Shown here piece after piece: positions 25,728 to 38,969 of a stretch of 64,000 bases of DNA. Positions within the stretch are counted from its first letter, which is position 1; each line of letters starts with the position of its first letter. The stretch is from Eledone cirrhosa. Taxonomy: Eukaryota. Made by a program: the position numbers and the translations under genes. The stretch is from assembly GCA_964016885.1 (NCBI GenBank), contig OZ024740.1:180730001-180794000 (forward strand), given 5' to 3'. The notes under the pieces were generated by a model. The model did not search any database. It had not been told where the DNA came from and saw only the letters and a list, made by a program, of their open reading frames with translations.

Positions 25728-28399
25728 GATATTTAATATATGTTTATGTGTGTATATATATGTATATATGTATATATAAGTGTGTGAGTGTATTTCTGTG
25801 TTAGTATGTATATCCATTTATGTATATGAACGAGTTTGCTTTTTTATACATATGTGTGCTTATATTATATTATCTTCGAATTTCAGAATATTTTTCAAAA
25901 TATCTCTTAAAGACATCATATAAATAAAATTCAAGACATTTGCACTCAAGATTTTTACTCATAGCATTGCATTAAATAAGACTTAATGTTGATAAAAATT
26001 ACTTTCATAACCATTACTATATGTAAGAAAAATAAAATATATAATTTTTTCCTAATAGGAGAAAAAACATGAATGAAACTTAACATATATAATGCTTTCA
26101 GTAGCCTTTAATATACATTATATTTCATGTCATTACTTATTTGTCTATTGTATAAGCAATGATTTCTTTATGTTTTTGAATAAGTTATCCTGTAATGTTT
26201 AGTCAATAACTTTTGATCACACTTGCAAATTCAGAATATTTTCGTTTTTTTCCTGGTAAAATGTCATTCTATAATACAGTAACATTTAAAAAATTAAAAA
26301 TGCTACAAAAAATACAAGCAAATTTTATGTGCATTATCGGAAGGCATTTTTCTTATGAATTGACTTCTGATATCATTTTTTTCATTCTAGAAAATTCTAA
26401 ATGGCAACATAACACAATTGTATTTTACCAAGATATTGAATACAAATTGTAAAGATGTTTAACATATTTTCAATACATTTCAAAACGTAACTGACAATTT
26501 TCTTTTTATATATTTCAAGATATGTTTATTACTAAGTATGTATATATGTATATGTGTAACTATGTTAGTATATATGTATGTTTCTATCCATAAATCTATC
26601 TATCCTTCTATCTATCTCTCTATCTATGTATATACATATGTGTGCGTGCGCGCGCGTGTGTGTGTGCGTAAGTGTGTGAGTGTGTGTATGATTATGTGTG
26701 CGTATGCGTGCATGTAACCGACACACATTTATATAGATATATACGCCTATGCATACATGTTTATGTTGTTTTATTTCTTAAGTTTAACCTTGATTATCCA
26801 TAGGAAGCAATCATCGTTGTCCAATGATTGAAGATTGTTAGCTACTCTATCTTTTTTTTCTTTGCAGCGAGTACCGAGATCCAGAATTCGCCTGAAAACC
26901 AAAATATGTTCATAGAAGTTATATTGCGTTTAGTGTCAACCATGACACGCACACGGACATGTGTATGCCAAAATGAAAACCAAGGAAGGCTAAATGACTG
27001 ATGTTGTACATGCCAGGTACATTTAGGATTTTCGATGGCAACATATCTTGAGGAAGATTACTACATCCACTCCATGTAGTACCTTATTGAGACGGGAGCA
27101 CTTGAACTCCAGTACTTTCAGTATTGATCTAGACGTTGTTAACGGTCATTTTCTACTAAGCTGTGACAACCATCTCGAGAGTTATCACTGCTTTGTATGC
27201 TGATGGTTGAATCTATACTTCCGAGGATTGACTGAGTTTCTATAAATTATAAACAGTACTTGATAGCTTTCCAGAACAGGGATTATCTGCTATCGAAATA
27301 AAACAATATTTACAGGCAGTCCTCAAATTAAATTGTCTATTTACTATCTACTAGTCTATCTCTATCTCCAATCTTCCATTCTATGTTTGGTTTGTACAAA
27401 ATTGTGTTTCATAATTCGGCGAATGAGACCTAATAAAATGGTCTGGTCATGCATCCTCTTCAGAAGCTAGAGGTGGAACATCGAAATATGTATAATGCTT
27501 TCGCAGAATTAAAATTCTAAAGTAAATTTTCCAGTCCGGCCATCTGCTCTTGTTTTAATAAATGCATTACACGGTTCCTGCACTAATCACTGGATACCAC
27601 ATCTACGATGGATGATTTTCATAACGTTGAGTGCTTTAATTAATTTATTTCATTGTGGTTTACCTACACAAGCCACCGGTTCTACCCATTTGTAAATAGC
27701 CTAATAGAAATTATATACATATATTGCTTCTCAGAATGAGAATTAAAGTAGTAATGTTTCACTTACTACACATGATGGAAGTATTGCACACTTTTAAGCA
27801 CGCTGTCAGTAAAAATCTAAAAATAACCAGGGCTGTATTTTCTGCCTGATCGATCAAAACAATCTACATTTTCAAATTAATGAAGACCAGATTAAATAAA
27901 TATAATCCCTCATTTATCATATGTCTGAAACATAATGTTCCTGGAGTCTAAAGTATGTTTCGATACTCATGGCTCATCAGGGCCGTGTTTAACCCAGTTC
28001 ATCTGGCATAAAGCTACTGTGAGTGAAAGGCGCCATCCCAAGACAGAATAACCACAATATTACTATAGTTACATTTAATTAATCAGTGGTGCTGGGTACA
28101 TGGATATGGCTGGACTATCTTTAGTCATTAAGACATTTAATTAAGTATGAGCTGGGGCGAAGAAAAAACAACCAAGTAAGGCAAATAATACACAATTATT
28201 TTTGGTTCTTATTTTATTATAATTCAAAAATAATTCACTCACAGTAATTATTAATTAACTAAATCGATCATAAACATAATTATTCTTTTCATATTTGTAC
28301 ATACTTAAATCATTTATTTGTATAAATCAGTACATTCATTGTCCATTGATTGTTTACGAGCTGGAAATGAGCTAATATGGTTTGTTTTGGTTCTTTGCA

Positions 28400-29000
28400 G
28401 TTCTTTGCAGTTCTTTGCAGTTTTGGTTCTTTGCAGTTCGCTTTATATTGAAGGTGTAGAAGAAGATTTATCCAAAACCTAAATACAAATCAGTTGTATT
28501 ACAAATACTGTTATCGGAAATCTTTAAAAACATTTTACAACAAACGTTAAATCGATAATGGATTCGTCACATCATGCAGAAACACCTAACAAAGATTGAC
28601 ACAAATGAAGAGCAAGACGTTTGACATCACTAGAAATCCTGGATTGAAGAAAAAAGCATTGATCAGCTGTTTTCATTGGGAGATAAGAAAAATAAAGATA
28701 ACAAATATATGTTCGTCAACAGCAGCTGGTTCCATCAACACCAGCTCGGCATTGATATTGCATTGCTCAGGCTTCGTACTGCGACGTTCAATAGGAAATC
28801 TTTATGCCTGAAAGGAAGATGTCAATATCTATTTTGCATTAAATATCAATAGTCCATTCATTGCATTAGATTATACTAGAAGAGAGGAACTTTAAACATA
28901 CATTCTTGATTTATAAATATTGGAAGTGTGCATCTATATGTACATAGGTATTTGGTGAGACACATAGTTGCATCAATAGTAGGATTCATTCATAGTGGCT
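28400..29000 (-). pseudogene. Possible highly degenerate Mutator-like (MULE) transposase remnant
   Basis: Short minus-strand peptides in different frames (IDAT.., ..QLINAF.., ..LHLCQSL) occur in the order expected for MULE DDE motifs; very fragmentary. Confidence 0.3.
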
Positions 29001-29342
29001 CCATGGCTTCAGAAAGGGAAAGGCTGTCATATGATGCCGTGGTCTAAACAAACCATTCCTAACCCTTTCTGGACTGAAAAATGTTCTATTAAAAATAATG
29101 TTGTCGTTACTCACGCTAATATTACGGCGTTTATGAATTAGTTTAACTGCTAGTAAATAGAATAATTCAACCTAAAGGATGAGAAAGAAAATTATAACAA
29201 CAATTTGAACGTAAACGCCTATGAAGCAATGTGAATCATTTAAGGAGATCAAATGAAATAAAATAGATAATTTGCTAACACTAATGGAATCAAGCGTGTT
29301 GTCTAAAACCAAAATCCTTTTACACACGCACAAGTTTTATAA

Positions 29343-29377
<35 letters not shown>

Positions 29378-29457
29378 CAACATGACCCCAGCAAAGCATA
29401 AACATATCGGTTTTAACACACGTTTTCAGATAGAGAATCTTGCTAAACAAATTCAGA

Positions 29458-29505
<48 letters not shown>

Positions 29506-29612
29506 AAGTATGTGTTCCTACGTGTAAAAAAATACATATAGGGAAACAAGTATTATCCAACCGTATGCCAATGTGGTTCAATGCCAGGTTAATAAATTAA
29601 CGAGCCAGAACA

Positions 29613-29782
29613 TATAAAATCAAGGTTTAGCAAATAGAGAAAAAGTTTTCAAATAAACTTTAAAAAGTTCGCTGTACTTACTATAAGGGTACATATAGTA
29701 AAGGTACATATAGTAAGTACAGCGAACTGTTTAAAATACATTTTAAAACGTTTTCTCTATTTGCTAAACCTTGATTTTATAT
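29613..29782. repeat. Short fold-back inverted repeat
   Basis: AAAATCAAGGTTTAGCAAATAGAGAAAA...AGTTCGCTGTACTTACTAT is mirrored by ATAGTAAGTACAGCGAACT...TTTTCTCTATTTGCTAAACCTTGATTTT; central direct repeat GGTACATATAGTAA x2. Confidence 0.85.
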
Positions 29783-29786
29783 ATAT

Positions 29787-30451
29787 ACTAGCAGAATAGC
29801 CCGGCGTTGCTCGGGATTTGCTATAGGGTTCTTATATATTCGATATATATTTATCCTTATCGAACCTCGTGAAATAAATAGGTTTGTTTATATTTCGTTA
29901 TTGTGTATGCAAAAATATCTGTCCATAAATATATAAAAATAACAGACTAAAGTTTAAGCAAAGAATCACTGCTTTCACCCTTAACGGGATATTCTACCTA
30001 AAAGGAGTATGAAGTACATACACTAAGACTAATTGATGTAATCTTTGGCCTTGTTTGTTTATATTTTGTTTTTGTGTATGCAAAAATATCTGTACACGAA
30101 TATCTATATTAAAATAACATATTAATATTTAAGCAAAGAATCGGTGCTCTCAACCTTAACGGGATCTTCTTAAACTAAAAAAAATCAATCTGGAAAACAG
30201 GAAGACGATACTTTGATTCGTGAAGACGTTCCCTGGCATAAGAATATATACACACACACACACTGATCGCGTCATAATGACGTAATGCAGACAGTCAGGC
30301 ATACAGATAGATGTTATGAAGGTGCGACGTCATATCTATGTATCTATCTAAAAAGAGAAAGACTAAGAGAAAGAGAAAGAGACCGCTAACTCATAAGGGA
30401 AGCAGACGACATATACACATGTATATAAATATATAAAATAATAATAATAAA

Positions 30452-30493
<42 letters not shown>

Positions 30494-30919
30494 TGGTAAA
30501 CGGAATAGAACATGCTGACAAATTGTTCACAGTTGAAAAATGGTTTAATTAGGAATAAAAGAGTATTAGCGATTGTATGGGTTAGTACTCAGTTGTGGTT
30601 TTAAGTTATTAAGTTTTTACCGGTTACGCACTTCTAAATGCTTTTCAAAAATAATTTTGAGATAGAGTGTCCGTGCTGTTTGCTCAGATCAGAGCAAACA
30701 GCTCGGACACTCTATCTCAAAATTATTTTTGAAAAGCATTTAGAAATGCGTAACCGGTAAAAACTTAATAACTTAAAACCACAACTGAGTACTAACCCAT
30801 ACAATCACTAATACTCTTTTATTCCTAATTAAACCATTTTTCAACTGTGAACAATTTGTCAGCATGTTCTATTCCGTTTACCAATATATAATAATTTGTG
30901 TGTTACACCTCTATTCTTT

Positions 30920-30980
<61 letters not shown>

Positions 30981-31560
30981 GTGTATACAGATACAGACAC
31001 ATATACATATAGCAAACTCACACACGCATATGTGCACATACACACACTCACATGTTAATAGATTTTACTCTTATTGGAACGCTCACACACAAACACACAC
31101 AAACACACACAAACACACGCACACATGTTAATAGTTATACGTCATGTATCTTTGACAGTATCAAAAGACAGCGTCTTTCACTCTCTCTCTCCCTCCCACT
31201 ATCCCCCTCTTGTAGTATGTCTCTTTCTTTCACTCTCCCTCTCCCTCTCTCTTTGTAAATTACATTCTATCGAAAAACAATGTGACGAATGGGAGAAGGA
31301 GGAAGAGGAGAAAAAAGCCACTTCGTCACTTCGCCTCACCGTTTCTTTCTCTCCCCTCTCACTCCCTCATTATGTAGAGACATTGGTCTCTTCAGTAATT
31401 CGATCCCTAGGACAGAATAATTTGAAATTTCTTTTTGCTCAAAACACTTCCGGGGTCATATTTATTACACGTGTAAAGTTTGAAAAATAACCGTTGGGTA
31501 CTTTTCGAGTTTTAGGGAAACAGACGCAGAGACATCCTCTGTTTTATATATATAGATATA
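29787..31560 (+). mobile_element. Non-autonomous Helentron/DINE-1-like element with a nested PLE-derived palindrome
   Basis: Starts ACTAGCAGAATAGCCCGGCGTTGCTCGGG; internal duplication of about 170 bp (29880-30000 vs 30052-30170); end region ...GTAAAGTTTGAAAAATAACCGTTGGGTACTTTTCGAGTTTTAG...TTTTATATATAGAT shared with 22413-22566. Confidence 0.6.
30490..30923. repeat. Near-perfect palindrome made of the 3' end of the Neptune-like PLE family
   Basis: Arms mirrored about 30688; sequence matches 45810-46030 and 53935-54160; (TA)n on both sides. Confidence 0.9.
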
Positions 31561-31584
31561 TATAGAGAGAGATTTAAATATACA

Positions 31585-32660
31585 CAAACTTTGTCCAAAT
31601 GAGTTTGTTTCCTCATGAGTTCGAAGCTCGAGATTTATCCTTAATAGGATATTTCCGAAAGCTGACGAAACCGTAAGGGTAGAAACGTGATCCTTGTTTG
31701 TGTATATGCATTTTCTCTTCACATTTTAATTTTATACCTAATTGTGTATGGTTGACGGTATATTTAATCGATTTCCACGTGCTATTGAAGTGTTGGGTAA
31801 ATATTCTATAGCGGTTGGTCGCAAAATGATTGCTGTCGTTTATTTATCTAATATTTCTTCATAGGTGGCTTTTAATCTTATAGCCTGGTTTAATTGATTT
31901 TTGTGTGGTTAATTATGCTAATTGGGAGAGGAAATGGTGTATAAATATTATCAAATGATTCTATGGACATACTTTATAGTATATTTCTTTGATTATTTAA
32001 TGTATTAATTTAGCATTGAGCCACATCGTGAATGGTTGCGAAAACATATATCTGTGACTTTGTCTATTTGTGTATATGTATATCTTTATATTTAATCATC
32101 TCCCATAAGGTGAGATGCAATTTGGGCAATATTGGGCTGCGCTTTCTAGCAACCAGCCCACTCACCGTAAACAACCAATAATATTATTTCTGACTTGACC
32201 ACTGCCACGTCACAGTTCTTAGCCATTTTGAATTCGTTTCTGGCGGGGATCACTTAAGAACATTCTCTGTCCAAATGAGTTTGTTTCTCATGAGTTCGAA
32301 GCTCGAGATGTTATCCTTAATAGGATATTTCCGAAAGCGAACGAAACTCTAAGGGTAGAAACGTATCCTGGTATGTGTATATGCATTTTCGTCTTCTAAC
32401 TTTAATTTTATACCTAATTGTGTATGCTTGAAGGTATATTTAATCGATTTCCACGTGCTATTGAAGTGTTGGGTAAATACATTATAGCGGTTGGTCGCGA
32501 ATAGATTGCTGTCGTTTATTTATCTAATATTTCTACATAGGTGCCTTTTAATCTTATTGCCTGGTTTAAATGATTTTTTGTGTGGTAAATTATGCTAATT
32601 GGGAGAGGAAATGGTGTATATATATATTATCAAATGATTCTATGGACATACTTTATAGTA
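31585..32660 (+). mobile_element. Diverged direct repeat of about 395 bp (31585-31982 and 32265-32660), probably a tandem PLE pLTR relic with degenerate hammerheads
   Basis: The two copies align along their length; copy 1 has AAG-CTGACGA-AACCGTAAGGGTA-GAAA-CGTGATC-CTT (31659-31695); the core in copy 2 is mutated. Confidence 0.6.
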
Positions 32661-32679
32661 TATATATATATATATATAT

Positions 32680-35600
32680 ATAAGTTGAAAAAAATGAAAA
32701 CGAAATTTCATTTCTCACTCTTAGTATGGCACTTACTTAAATGTAAGTATGTATGTATACGTACATACATATATGTATACAGACGTACAGTAGCATGCAT
32801 ATATATATATATATATATATACATATATACACATATGCATACAGGTACACATACATATATGCACGCATCAGTTTAGCCGACGTTTATTATAACGCCTGCT
32901 TTGTTCGTTTGTTTGTCAACAAATCGAACAGCCTGAATTTATGCCATACGGTGTTAAGGCAACCACGTCACCTTTTTGTTCAACACTGACACAGGAACGA
33001 TGTACTAGTTTCAAGCTTGTTAGCTATCATCAGCACCGTTTACCCATCTGCCAGATAGTTGAACGTTCGAAAGTATATACTTTCCTTATGAAAATTAACG
33101 GCTGAGCAGCCTAATTTGCATATTGAGTGAGTTAAATCGGTCAGGCATACCGAAAACGATAAGTTGAAAAAAATGAAAACGAAATTTCATTTCTCACTCT
33201 TAGTATGGCACTTACTTAAATGTAAGTATGTATGTATACGTACATACATATATGTATACAGACGTACAGTAGCATGCATATATATATATATATATATATA
33301 CATATATACACATATGCATACAGGTACACATACATATATGCACGCATCAGTTTAGCCGACGTTTATTATAACGCCTGCTTTGTTCGTTTGTTTGTCAACA
33401 AATCGAACAGCCTGAATTTATGCCATACGGTGTTAAGGCAACCACGTCACCTTTTTGTTCAACACTGACACAGGAACGATGTACTAGTTTCAAGCTTGTT
33501 AGCTATCATCAGCACCGTTTACCCATCTGCCAGATAGTTGAACGTTCGAAAGTATATACTTTCCTTATGAAAATTAACGGCTGAGCAGCCTAATTTGCAT
33601 ATTGAGTGAGTTAAATCGGTCAGGCATACCGAAAACGATAAGTTGAAAAAAATGAAAACGAAATTTCATTTCTCACTCTTAGTATGGCACTTACTTAAAT
33701 GTAAGTATGTATGTATACGTACATACATATATGTATACAGACGTACAGTAGCATGCATATATATATATATATATATATACATATATACACATATGCATAC
33801 AGGTACACATACATATATGCACGCATCAGTTTAGCCGACGTTTATTATAACGCCTGCTTTGTTCGTTTGTTTGTCAACAAATCGAACAGCCTGAATTTAT
33901 GCCATACGGTGTTAAGGCAACCACGTCACCTTTTTGTTCAACACTGACACAGGAACGATGTACTAGTTTCAAGCTTGTTAGCTATCATCAGCACCGTTTA
34001 CCCATCTGCCAGATAGTTGAACGTTCGAAAGTATATACTTTCCTTATGAAAATTAACGGCTGAGCAGCCTAATTTGCATATTGAGTGAGTTAAATCGGTC
34101 AGGCATACCGAAAACGATAAGTTGAAAAAAATGAAAACGAAATTTCATTTCTCACTCTTAGTATGGCACTTACTTAAATGTAAGTATGTATGTATACGTA
34201 CATACATATATGTATACAGACGTACAGTAGCATGCATATATATATATATATATATATACATATATACACATATGCATACAGGTACACATACATATATGCA
34301 CGCATCAGTTTAGCCGACGTTTATTATAACGCCTGCTTTGTTCGTTTGTTTGTCAACAAATCGAACAGCCTGAATTTATGCCATACGGTGTTAAGGCAAC
34401 CACGTCACCTTTTTGTTCAACACTGACACAGGAACGATGTACTAGTTTCAAGCTTGTTAGCTATCATCAGCACCGTTTACCCATCTGCCAGATAGTTGAA
34501 CGTTCGAAAGTATATACTTTCCTTATGAAAATTAACGGCTGAGCAGCCTAATTTGCATATTGAGTGAGTTAAATCGGTCAGGCATACCGAAAACGATAAG
34601 TTGAAAAAAATGAAAACGAAATTTCATTTCTCACTCTTAGTATGGCACTTACTTAAATGTAAGTATGTATGTATACGTACATACATATATGTATACAGAC
34701 GTACAGTAGCATGCATATATATATATATATATATATACATATATACACATATGCATACAGGTACACATACATATATGCACGCATCAGTTTAGCCGACGTT
34801 TATTATAACGCCTGCTTTGTTCGTTTGTTTGTCAACAAATCGAACAGCCTGAATTTATGCCATACGGTGTTAAGGCAACCACGTCACCTTTTTGTTCAAC
34901 ACTGACACAGGAACGATGTACTAGTTTCAAGCTTGTTAGCTATCATCAGCACCGTTTACCCATCTGCCAGATAGTTGAACGTTCGAAAGTATATACTTTC
35001 CTTATGAAAATTAACGGCTGAGCAGCCTAATTTGCATATTGAGTGAGTTAAATCGGTCAGGCATACCGAAAACGATAAGTTGAAAAAAATGAAAACGAAA
35101 TTTCATTTCTCACTCTTAGTATGGCACTTACTTAAATGTAAGTATGTATGTATACGTACATACATATATGTATACAGACGTACAGTAGCATGCATATATA
35201 TATATATATATATATACATATATACACATATGCATACAGGTACACATACATATATGCACGCATCAGTTTAGCCGACGTTTATTATAACGCCTGCTTTGTT
35301 CGTTTGTTTGTCAACAAATCGAACAGCCTGAATTTATGCCATACGGTGTTAAGGCAACCACGTCACCTTTTTGTTCAACACTGACACAGGAACGATGTAC
35401 TAGTTTCAAGCTTGTTAGCTATCATCAGCACCGTTTACCCATCTGCCAGATAGTTGAACGTTCGAAAGTATATACTTTCCTTATGAAAATTAACGGCTGA
35501 GCAGCCTAATTTGCATATTGAGTGAGTTAAATCGGTCAGGCATACCGAAAACGATAAGTTGAAAAAAATGAAAACGAAATTTCATTTCTCACTCTTAGTA

Positions 35601-38312
35601 TGGCACTTACTTAAATGTAAGTATGTATGTATACGTACATACATATATGTATACAGACGTACAGTAGCATGCATATATATATATATATATATATACATAT
35701 ATACACATATGCATACAGGTACACATACATATATGCACGCATCAGTTTAGCCGACGTTTATTATAACGCCTGCTTTGTTCGTTTGTTTGTCAACAAATCG
35801 AACAGCCTGAATTTATGCCATACGGTGTTAAGGCAACCACGTCACCTTTTTGTTCAACACTGACACAGGAACGATGTACTAGTTTCAAGCTTGTTAGCTA
35901 TCATCAGCACCGTTTACCCATCTGCCAGATAGTTGAACGTTCGAAAGTATATACTTTCCTTATGAAAATTAACGGCTGAGCAGCCTAATTTGCATATTGA
36001 GTGAGTTAAATCGGTCAGGCATACCGAAAACGATAAGTTGAAAAAAATGAAAACGAAATTTCATTTCTCACTCTTAGTATGGCACTTACTTAAATGTAAG
36101 TATGTATGTATACGTACATACATATATGTATACAGACGTACAGTAGCATGCATATATATATATATATATATATACATATATACACATATGCATACAGGTA
36201 CACATACATATATGCACGCATCAGTTTAGCCGACGTTTATTATAACGCCTGCTTTGTTCGTTTGTTTGTCAACAAATCGAACAGCCTGAATTTATGCCAT
36301 ACGGTGTTAAGGCAACCACGTCACCTTTTTGTTCAACACTGACACAGGAACGATGTACTAGTTTCAAGCTTGTTAGCTATCATCAGCACCGTTTACCCAT
36401 CTGCCAGATAGTTGAACGTTCGAAAGTATATACTTTCCTTATGAAAATTAACGGCTGAGCAGCCTAATTTGCATATTGAGTGAGTTAAATCGGTCAGGCA
36501 TACCGAAAACGATAAGTTGAAAAAAATGAAAACGAAATTTCATTTCTCACTCTTAGTATGGCACTTACTTAAATGTAAGTATGTATGTATACGTACATAC
36601 ATATATGTATACAGACGTACAGTAGCATGCATATATATATATATATATATATACATATATACACATATGCATACAGGTACACATACATATATGCACGCAT
36701 CAGTTTAGCCGACGTTTATTATAACGCCTGCTTTGTTCGTTTGTTTGTCAACAAATCGAACAGCCTGAATTTATGCCATACGGTGTTAAGGCAACCACGT
36801 CACCTTTTTGTTCAACACTGACACAGGAACGATGTACTAGTTTCAAGCTTGTTAGCTATCATCAGCACCGTTTACCCATCTGCCAGATAGTTGAACGTTC
36901 GAAAGTATATACTTTCCTTATGAAAATTAACGGCTGAGCAGCCTAATTTGCATATTGAGTGAGTTAAATCGGTCAGGCATACCGAAAACGATAAGTTGAA
37001 AAAAATGAAAACGAAATTTCATTTCTCACTCTTAGTATGGCACTTACTTAAATGTAAGTATGTATGTATACGTACATACATATATGTATACAGACGTACA
37101 GTAGCATGCATATATATATATATATATACATATATACACATATGCATACAGGTACACATACATATATGCACGCATCAGTTTAGCCGACGTTTATTATAAC
37201 GCCTGCTTTGTTCGTTTGTTTGTCAACAAATCGAACAGCCTGAATTTATGCCATACGGTGTTAAGGCAACCACGTCACCTTTTTGTTCAACACTGACACA
37301 GGAACGATGTACTAGTTTCAAGCTTGTTAGCTATCATCAGCACCGTTTACCCATCTGCCAGATAGTTGAACGTTCGAAAGTATATACTTTCCTTATGAAA
37401 ATTAACGGCTGAGCAGCCTAATTTGCATATTGAGTGAGTTAAATCGGTCAGGCATACCGAAAACGATAAGTTGAAAAAAATGAAAACGAAATTTCATTTC
37501 TCACTCTTAGTATGGCACTTACTTAAATGTAAGTATGTATGTATACGTACATACATATATGTATACAGACGTACAGTAGCATGCATATATATATATATAT
37601 ATATATACATATATACACATATGCATACAGGTACACATACATATATGCACGCATCAGTTTAGCCGACGTTTATTATAACGCCTGCTTTGTTCGTTTGTTT
37701 GTCAACAAATCGAACAGCCTGAATTTATGCCATACGGTGTTAAGGCAACCACGTCACCTTTTTGTTCAACACTGACACAGGAACGATGTACTAGTTTCAA
37801 GCTTGTTAGCTATCATCAGCACCGTTTACCCATCTGCCAGATAGTTGAACGTTCGAAAGTATATACTTTCCTTATGAAAATTAACGGCTGAGCAGCCTAA
37901 TTTGCATATTGAGTGAGTTAAATCGGTCAGGCATACCGAAAACGATAAGTTGAAAAAAATGAAAACGAAATTTCATTTCTCACTCTTAGTATGGCACTTA
38001 CTTAAATGTAAGTATGTATGTATACGTACATACATATGTGTATACAGACGTACAGTAGCATGCATATATATATATATATATATATACATATATACACATA
38101 TGCATACAGGTACACATACATATATGCACGCATCAGTTTAGACAAACAAACGAACAAAGCAGGCGTTATAATAAACGTCGGCTAAACTGATGCGTGCATA
38201 TATGTATGTGTACCTGTATGCATATGTGTATATATGTATATATATATATATATATATATGCATGCTACTGTACGTCTGTATACATATATGTATGTACGTA
38301 TACATACATACT

Positions 38313-38317
<5 letters not shown>
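32680..38317 (-). mobile_element. Retrozyme-like tandem array, family B (479-bp unit, about 11.4 copies), plus an inverted partial unit at 38141-38317, inserted in (TA)n
   Basis: Exact 479-bp period (ORFs at 33164, 33643, 34122 and onward); one unit is 4 bp shorter in its (TA)n; each of the 11 full units has a minus-strand hammerhead. Confidence 0.9.
32986..33054 (-). ncRNA. Type I hammerhead ribozyme, family B (first of 11 copies; the others start at 33465, 33944, 34423, 34902, 35381, 35860, 36339, 36818, 37293, 37772)
   Basis: Minus sense reads CTGGCA GATGGGTA AACGGTG-CTGATGA-T AGCT AACA AGCT T-GAAA-CTAG-TA-CATCGTT CCTG TGTCAG: stem I AACGGTG/CATCGTT, distal stem CTGGCA/TGTCAG, palindromic stem III ACTAGT, GUA triplet. 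Confidence 0.88.
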
Positions 38318-38377
<60 letters not shown>

Positions 38378-38441
38378 TATAAAGTATGTCCATAGAATCA
38401 TTTGATAATATATATATACACCATTTCCTCTCCCAATTAGC

Positions 38442-38446
<5 letters not shown>

Positions 38447-38531
<85 letters not shown>

Positions 38532-38923
38532 TATATTACTTTATAAAGGAAGAAGAAACATTAGACATAAAGAAAACATTATATATACGCAATATCTTTC
38601 TACATCCTCGACTGCGCAGATTTGTGGCTACTATGCAAAAGAATTACATCATAGAGATGCAGTATTTTTATGTGGTTTGCCAACTTATCAAGAGAATACC
38701 TCATTAAAAGTTTCAAAACACGTCCACAAGGCTTGAGAGAGAATCCCGGAAAGGCGCAGAGGGAACTTATCACGTGAAACAGCGGTCAAGAAACTGCCGG
38801 GACATTAATACCCCCTCCGCAATCATAGAGCAACAACAGTTAAGGTTGGCACCACACAAATTCAGGATATATGTGTATATGCATGTATATGTATGTACTC
38901 CTATATATCTGTGTATTTATTTT

Positions 38924-38969
<46 letters not shown>

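Noticed and set aside
26810-27950. Possible very old LINE RT remnant on the minus strand
   Set aside because: The composition is suggestive, but no RT motif can be read unambiguously
27945-27985. Minus-strand CTGATGAG...CGAAAC, hammerhead-like
   Set aside because: Stem II does not pair beyond 1 bp and there is no stem III/NUH or stem I complement
32680-38140. CRISPR array or tandem snRNA/5S gene cluster
   Set aside because: No unique spacers, eukaryotic context, and no recognisable U snRNA, 5S or tRNA sequence in the unit
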